Below the pieces are notes generated by a model, which was not told the DNA's origin, did not search any database, and was given only the letters and a program-made list of their open reading frames with translations. A stretch of DNA of 64,000 nt. Source: Bugula neritina. Lineage: Eukaryota > Animalia > Bryozoa. The stretch covers positions 8,004,973 through 8,068,972 of the forward strand of contig OZ037770.1 in the NCBI GenBank assembly GCA_964035545.1, read 5' to 3'. Of this stretch, positions 56,901 to 64,000 are shown piece after piece (position 1 is the first letter of the stretch; the number at the start of each line of letters is the position of its first letter). A program made the position numbers and the translations under genes.

Positions 56901-58916
56901 TACATTGGGCAGAATTTTTTCATAAGTCATGTTCATGATTGGCCAGTGTTGCTTAGTACACACATTCTGTTAATGATTAAGAAACCAATGAAATTATTAG
57001 AATTGCTAGTAATTGACTGAGGGCCAGACTAAAACAGTAGGAGGGCCTGCTATTTGCCCATCCCTGTTATAAACGCTCATTTTCAAGACACAGATCTACA
57101 TTTTCATTATATCTACTTGCAGGTCGGTTCTAAGCCAGTAATCGCTAAAATCTAGATGGAATAATTTATCCCAAGTTTTTCATGCCAAGAGTAAATATCA
57201 CCTAGGAGGTATGAGTGCTTCATTGCGTGGTTCCTTCATATTTCCTTCACTCAGAAGGTTGTTGGGTGCTTCACCTCTCCTTTGACTATGATTTTCCAAG
57301 TATTGGGAGGCTCCCCAGACTCCTGCTGCTGCTTAAGGCCTAAATTTTCGCATATCTACTCATCGAGGGAAATTTTAAGGGGCTACGTAGATTACACACA
57401 ATTCCCACTCAGTGAATCAAACTGTACCAGCGGACTTATCAGGTCTTGCACAGATGCCTGTGAGACATCTACAGGTGAACCCAGCATAAAATCAGCAAGG
57501 GTCACTATCCGGTCAATAGTCTGCCAGGATACTCACGAGGGGACAGTATTGATGGGCGCTAGTGTTTAACCAACTGTTGTGCCTGGCGCAAATACTTCAT
57601 TGCTTTCTCAACAAGGTTGGCTGCACGAAGCTCTTGGTTCACGCCGGCGTCCTGTTTGCAAGGCTCTGCATATTTATCAGCAAATCCCTAGAATTTCAAG
57701 TCATGCAACTCTGATCACAAGTTTTCAGTTTGCCACTTAATCAGGAAGAATGACATCATGTTATTGAGATTTATTTCTAAAAATGGTGCATCTTCAGCTA
57801 GCCTTGGCATTTTTGCTACTGTCAACAAGTACAAAACGGAGTTACTGCGGCCAGTGCCTCTATCTGCTCCCACAGCATCTGGCAGCCTTTGCTTGGCTGC
57901 AGAGAGGGAGCTGTCTTGAGTGCATGTCTTCAAGGATCTACTGTTGTTTTGCACACCAGTCATTTCATATACAAAATGGTCGTTTTGTACACAAACTGCT
58001 ATCCATTTCTAACACAAATTGAAGAATTAATTTACTGGATAACCATTTGAAGGATACTAGTTTACTTGTTTATTGCACTCTAGCTCTCTCTTTACCAGCA
58101 TGTTTTTAAAAAAAAATCATTGACCATCACTATGTGCTACCATCTACTGATAATGTCTAAATCAAACGAGCAGTCCCTCCCCTAACATCTACATGAACAT
58201 ATCACAATAAAAAATACCTACCTATGCGGCAAAACAAAATGTACAAATTACTATTACTTGTGAGCGGCATTGTGTGCTTATACAATGAGAATGTACATAG
58301 AATAATAAATAAATATAAAAATACATATTTTAGGTAGTTTATATTGATGCGTAGGAAACAACCGATCAGATATATACGAAAAGACCTAAAAAGTGGGTAT
58401 GAAACAATTTGCGTGGGAAATGGCTTGCGCCCGTCTCCAAGGTGGGACCCTATTTAGCACAGGAGCGACAGAAATAAGTGGAACAACTTTCAACAATATA
58501 AATGGTGTTGAGTTTCATTCGTCTTCTGCATGTCAGTAGCATCACGTGATAGTGTTGGGTGGCTTTAGCACAACTATAAACATGATTAGTGATTTTCCTA
58601 GCTAATAATACTAATACTCATACTGTACTAATTAGAAATTTAACTATTTAGTAATTTTCTAGTTCTACTACAAAGAGTAAGACTTAGAGTAAAAGAAACA
58701 GTAAGTATAATAGCTATAGTAATCTTTATATTTATAGTAAGTAAATACTAATAGTAATACAGTAACACTAATTAGTAACAGGTAAGTCAAAGTGACTGTG
58801 AGTAATACTAATAGTAATTATAGTAATAATAATACTAATAGTAATAGTCATAGTGATTTAATCACATGATTCATTTTTATTATACTTATTTATTATATTT
58901 TCATTATAAATCATAG

Positions 58917-61170
58917 CAACAACAATTTATTAACATACTCCATGAAAACTGTCTGACCCAGGTTATTGAAGAGCCAACACACACATTCGGTAACACCCTA
59001 GACATTATCTGTACCAGTGACACCTCCATAATAGATTCTATAAATGTAATTAGGCCGGGGCTCAGTGATCATTACATATTCGTAGCTAAACTACTAATTG
59101 AAAACCCACCTTCCCAAGATGTTATCCACAAAAATCATAAAGACATTCTTATCCACCACAAAGCTGATATCATTAAATTTAGAAACTATATGAGCTATGC
59201 ATGTGAAAAGCTTTCACATATGGATAATTTCCAGCAGATGTGGGATACTTTCTCTGTCGCCTTCAAAGAAGCTATTGAAATATCTGTACCAAAAAAGACC
59301 ATAAAAATAAGAAACAGTGGCCAACCACCTTGGTTTTCTAAAGAGGCTAAGAAACTTCATGACATGCAGATGTCATTATATAGAAAATTCAAGAGAACAA
59401 ATAACCCATACTTTTTGCAGAGATACCAACAGCAAAGAAAAAACAATAAAAAAGCCTTCAAGTTAATCAAGAAGGAATACATAGTGAACAAAGTCTATAA
59501 GCCTCTGCTAAAAGGAAACATTACAAGCATCTGCCAACATCCACTTACAAGTATTAAAATTAAAAACGGTAATATAACTACAGACAGTCTGAAACGCGCA
59601 GAAACTCTAAATAGCTATTTTCATAGCCAGTTCTGTATTGATGAAACCATTACTGATCTCCCCCTTCTCCCTACTATTAGCAGGACTCTTGAGATCAACC
59701 CTGAAGGAGTCAAGAAATTAATTCATGATCTGAAGAACAATAAATCTCCAGGACCTGATCAGATACGAAAGTGTGAGCTTTTAATAGACCCTGGTATAGC
59801 AGCCCAGTGTCTTACATGTGTCTTTCAGGCCTCAATAGACTCCGGAGTGCTCCCAGCACAATGGAGAACTGCCAATGTGACACCAGTCCACAAAAAAAGC
59901 GCCAAAGACGAGCCATCAAAATATCGCCCAATCCCTTTCACCAGCACCCCTTGTAAAATGTTAGAACACATTGTCCTACATTATCTAAAAAAATTACTTG
60001 ACAGCATGCTCTACAACAGACAGCATGGTTTCAGAAAAGGCTTAAGCTGTGAAACTCAGCTTTGTGCTACCATAGAAAAATCTGTGGAGCATGATCATGT
60101 TATTCATGGAGTAGTCCTTGATTTCCGTAAGGCGTTTGATAAGGTCCCCCACACTCTACTCATGCAAAAAATTCGTTGTATTGATGGCATTAACCCAAGC
60201 ATAGCAAATTGGGTCCAAGGGTTCCTAACAAAAAAAAGTCAGAAAACTGCCATACGCGGTGTATTATCATCAGATCTCCCTGTCTCCTCGGGAGTGCCAC
60301 AGGGTTCGGTACTAGGGCCAACCTTGTTTCTTATATACGCAAATGACCTACCAAAAGTAATAACATGCAAAGTGAGTCTCCATGCCGATGACACCCTGTT
60401 TTATGCTGCTGTGAATAGCAATGAGGACAAGCAGCTTTTCCAGACAAATATAGATGCTCTACAGAAGTGGTCTATGAAATGGAAAATGCCTTTTAACACG
60501 GAAAAGTGTGAGGTAATCATCTTTAGCAATGCCCCAAAGGCATATCCAGTGTTTGACCCCAACTATGCCCTTGGTGGACCTCCGCTCAAATGCAGACAGG
60601 AGATCAAATATCTTGGTATAATTCTGCAGTCCAACTTGAAATTTGAGCAACATATTACATCTAAGATCAAAAGTGCCTCCAAGGTTCTAGGTTGCATAAA
60701 ATACTCGCTTTATGAAGCCCCTGCCAATAGCAAACTACTCGCATACACCAGTCTCTGCCGACCAATTCTAGAATACGGCGATACTCTTTAGGACCTAGCG
60801 GATTCAGGTAATATTGATGCCTTAGAGCGTGTACAGTCCTAAGCAATCAGGTTTATTAAAAATATCAAAGAAAGACAAGGCATCTCAGAAGCTCAAAATA
60901 AACTCGAACTACAACTTCTCAAAGACCGAAGAAAAACACATAGGTTGTCACTGTTAATGAGAATCCTCTCAGATGAATCTAAACACCAAACCTTAGCTTC
61001 AGCTTATGATGAACTGAATAAAAATAAAAACAAGTACACTATGTAAACGCAAGCTGCACAGAGAGGTGAGCCAACATCTATCTATGCTGCGAGCAAGGTC
61101 TATTTTAACGGTTTTCTCCCACGCAGTGTGAGAGATCTGAAGCTAAGGTCAACTAACACACAACAATAAA
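58917..61170 (+). mobile_element. 5'-truncated LINE (C-terminal part of APE endonuclease plus RT), a different subfamily from the minus-strand copies
   Basis: Frame is open from 58917: QVIEEPT..GNTLDIIC..LSDH (APE), then RT motifs YRPI, QHGFR, DFRKAFD, GVPQGSVLGP, HADD, KYLG. Premature stops at 60789, ~60840 and ~61046; ends FLPRSVRDL..AATAAA. Confidence 0.9.
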
Positions 61171-61439
61171 CAGCTATATGCTGCTATACTAACTTATACT
61201 GACATTTATCACTAACCAAAAAGGCGCTCCACGTTTGCACCATGACGGTGACATTGAGTGTTCTATCGTCTACGAGTAACGAGTAACGAGTAACGTCTAC
61301 AGGCAGTCGACTGGTCCGGTAATAAAATGCCATTGTCATTGTGATTGGCATTACATCAATGATTATGATTTCATCATACATGAAATGCCGTGATAATTGC
61401 TGAAAACATAAACTCACATAGACACCAATAGAAACTGAA

Positions 61440-61893
61440 TGTTATATCGTGATTTATAAACATGTGTAGTTGTCTTCTCTTGTTATTGCGTGTGTGTAGA
61501 GTGTACAACTCTAAGATATTAGATATAGCTTGGGTGTGGCTCGTGTGAGTGTTGTAGCCATATAACCTAGTGTAAATGGTAGAATGGGGAGACTTTAGAC
61601 TGGTTGAAGAACTATTGAGGATATTTATATAGAATGTATGCGACCCAAATACAGTGTGTTAGGGTACGTTAGTGAAGACTAGCCCAGGATCATAGACTGA
61701 GGAGCACCATCAGCCAACCATCCTAACCCGGAGTCTTAACTTCACCCCTACGGACGGACAGGAGCTGGCGTTACCTCACAGCCAAGCCATTAACCCGTAA
61801 CTGTACACCGACTCCAAGCTCACCCCAAGGCTACGATATATATATTATTCGATGAGTTTACGTTACTCAAAATTAGTAAAACCCACCATAACA
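61440..61893. mobile_element. Single copy of the ~455-bp LTR-like repeat (TGTTAT...ATAACA)
   Basis: Homologous to 668-1119 and 2842-3296, with perfect 6-bp terminal inverted ends. Confidence 0.7.
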
Positions 61894-62039
61894 AGTATCT
61901 GTATCTGTATGAAGTAGATCTTGCAGCAGATCCCGTAGGACCATCGTGCAAGCCTCAGAGATCAACGAGTTACTATAATGGCAATCAACAAATTATATCT
62001 ACTTTTCAATGTATAAAGCAAAATAAAATGTATTGATGT

Positions 62040-64000
62040 AGAGATCTATTAGTATTAGAAGAAAGCAATGGTAGGGACGCTCAGTGGGGACAAAAGTGAG
62101 CAGTCTGCTCAACACCGACTTCAAGTCTAATGTCCCTGATTGTTCTGGGGAGGAAGCTATGATAAAATGGGCCAGTTTTTGAAGAGAGTGACGTTACCAA
62201 TCCCTGTGACTGAAAACGCGTGGTTACATTGGTATTTACAGAAGTTGTGTTCTCTTCCAAGAATTTAGTGAAAATCTCTGTCGGGCTACCAGCCATTTTT
62301 TTGTAGATCTTCACTCTCAACTCTCTACAGCGAACTTCCAGAGTGCTGAGGCGTAATTTTTCTCGAGCCTCTGACACACTGTCAGTACGGCTTTTTAAGT
62401 TTCCTATAAATCGGATAGCCAGATTTTGAACTCCCTCAATTTTATTTATAAGTTTTTGTGTATAAGGGTCAAATACCTGGCATCCATACTAAAGTATGGG
62501 GTGGCATAGGGCAGTGAAAGCAAGTAATTTTGTTTTACGCGGCAAATTCGATAGTGTTTGCCTTATCAACCCCAGGATCTGAGAGGCCTTTTTAACTTTT
62601 GCTCTATATGTTTGTCAAACTTTAGATTATTTTGTATAATGACGCCTAGATATTTGGCCTCTTCAACCTCACTAACTTTTTCTCCTGCGAGAGTGTAGGT
62701 ACCATTAGAATTTGGTCTTTTATAGAAGAACATTATTTAGGTCTTTTTAATATTGAAACCCATGCCTCATTTTATAGACCATTCATATATGTTGTTTATG
62801 TCTTTTTGAAAACTTTCAGAGTCACTTGAGTGAATCACAGACTTAAAAATGACGGTATTGTCTGCAAATAAACTACCATTACAGGAGAAGCAATCAGGCA
62901 TATCGTTAATATACAATAAAAAGAGTTTGGGGCCAATGACCGATCCTTGGGGTACACCAGAGGTAACCAACACTTCTTCGCTAAAGCAGTTTTGCAGAAC
63001 AACTCTTTGAGTTCTATTGGTAAGAAAGTCTTTGAGCCAAGATATGATATAGGGTGAGATGCTGTTAATCATTTTATCAATAAGTAGATGATGAGGGACA
63101 ACATCAAATGCCTTACGAAAATCAAGGATTAAGGCATGGACAGCGTTTTTAGAATCAACCATTTTAGCAATTTCGTGGCAAGTCAGCGTCAGCTGAGTCT
63201 CACACGATAAGCCAGCCCTGAAACCATGCTGACATGATGATAAAATGTCGTTCAGCTCATGATTCAGGGCATGTAACAGTATGTGTTCAGCTATTTTGCA
63301 TGGTATGCTTGTCAGGGATATGGGTCTGTAATTTGTTACGCTGCTTTTATTACCAGATTTGATAACCGGAGTGACATTTGCGGATTTCCAGCCAACAGGA
63401 ACAGTACCAGATTGAATGGAAAGGTTAATTATTTTTGAAAGACATTGACCAAATAATTCTGGGTCAAGCTTTAATAGCGTGTCATTTATCCCGTCAGGTC
63501 CAGCTGCTTTTCATTTTTTAAGATTAAGTATTAGATTGGCTATGCCATGACTATGAACCTTTAGGTTTTTAGGCAAAGGAAGTTTGTCATTGGCATTATT
63601 TATACAACCAAAGGACTCGGGTAAGAGAACGTGAGCTTTAGTGAATTGTGCCTGGAAAAAGGAATTTAAAAGATTGGCAATTTTAACTGGATCTTTTATT
63701 AGGTTATCTTTTTCAAGCAACCTTAACAACTCATTTTTGTTAGATGATAATGACTCAATATACAAGAAGAAGGGCTTTGAGTTTCCCTTTTCCAAAAGCT
63801 CATTTATTGTCAGAGATATGTATGTCGTTTTAGCTAACTTACAAGATGGTTGGTAGAGCTGTTGATCTGTCTTGTATTTTTTCAGTAGGTGTGGGTCTTG
63901 GAAAGACATATCTTTTATAAAGATTTTTTAAGGCCCTACATTTACGTTTCAATGCATGTGTATACCATATTGATCCCCTTTTAGGCACAATGACTTTTTT
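62040..64000 (-). mobile_element. Decayed LINE, duplicate of 3440-5410 (runs off the window)
   Basis: Near-identical to the left copy, including the shared stop after ILNLKK; RT motif reads FADN. Confidence 0.9.

Larger units (their letters stand above)
61293..64000 (+). repeat. Direct segmental repeat of ~403-661 plus 2838-5410
   Basis: Unique flank, LTR-like repeat and LINE occur in the same order and orientation about 58.6 kb apart. Confidence 0.88.

Noticed and set aside
54000-58500. Missing exons 1-6 of the second SLC35A4 copy
   Set aside because: No matching sequence found by eye on the minus strand.
59190-60791. Active or domesticated reverse transcriptase
   Set aside because: 5'-truncated endonuclease, HADD in place of YADD, and several downstream stops indicate a dead LINE.

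Overview
AT-rich, intron-rich eukaryotic (invertebrate animal-like) DNA; the species cannot be determined from sequence alone. Three genes could be assembled by hand with consistent splice phases. The first is an 8-exon SLC35A4-like nucleotide-sugar transporter (+, 7009-12766). The other two are tandem minus-strand receptor-type protein tyrosine phosphatase (RPTP) paralogs, each with a single PTP domain (R3-like architecture). RPTP-B (50964-31053, 34 coding exons) has a signal peptide, a Thr-rich stalk and about 11 FN3 domains. RPTP-A (29191-15119, 22 coding exons) is a duplicate of the 3' half of B (2 FN3, furin site, TM, PTP, Tyr-rich tail) fused to an unrelated signal peptide plus NHL/beta-propeller-like ectodomain. 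Both PTP domains keep [10 protein letters not shown] but have lost the KNRY tyrosine (KNRT) and the WPD general-acid Asp (WPS). Two PTP-domain introns are filled with tandem copies of their own exon-end/splice-donor junction. The block also holds an inverted orphan copy of SLC35A4 exons 7-8, decayed LINEs, LTR-like repeats, MITEs/foldbacks and many minisatellites. It is bracketed by a direct segmental repeat about 58.6 kb apart. All exon coordinates were derived by eye and need RNA-seq confirmation.
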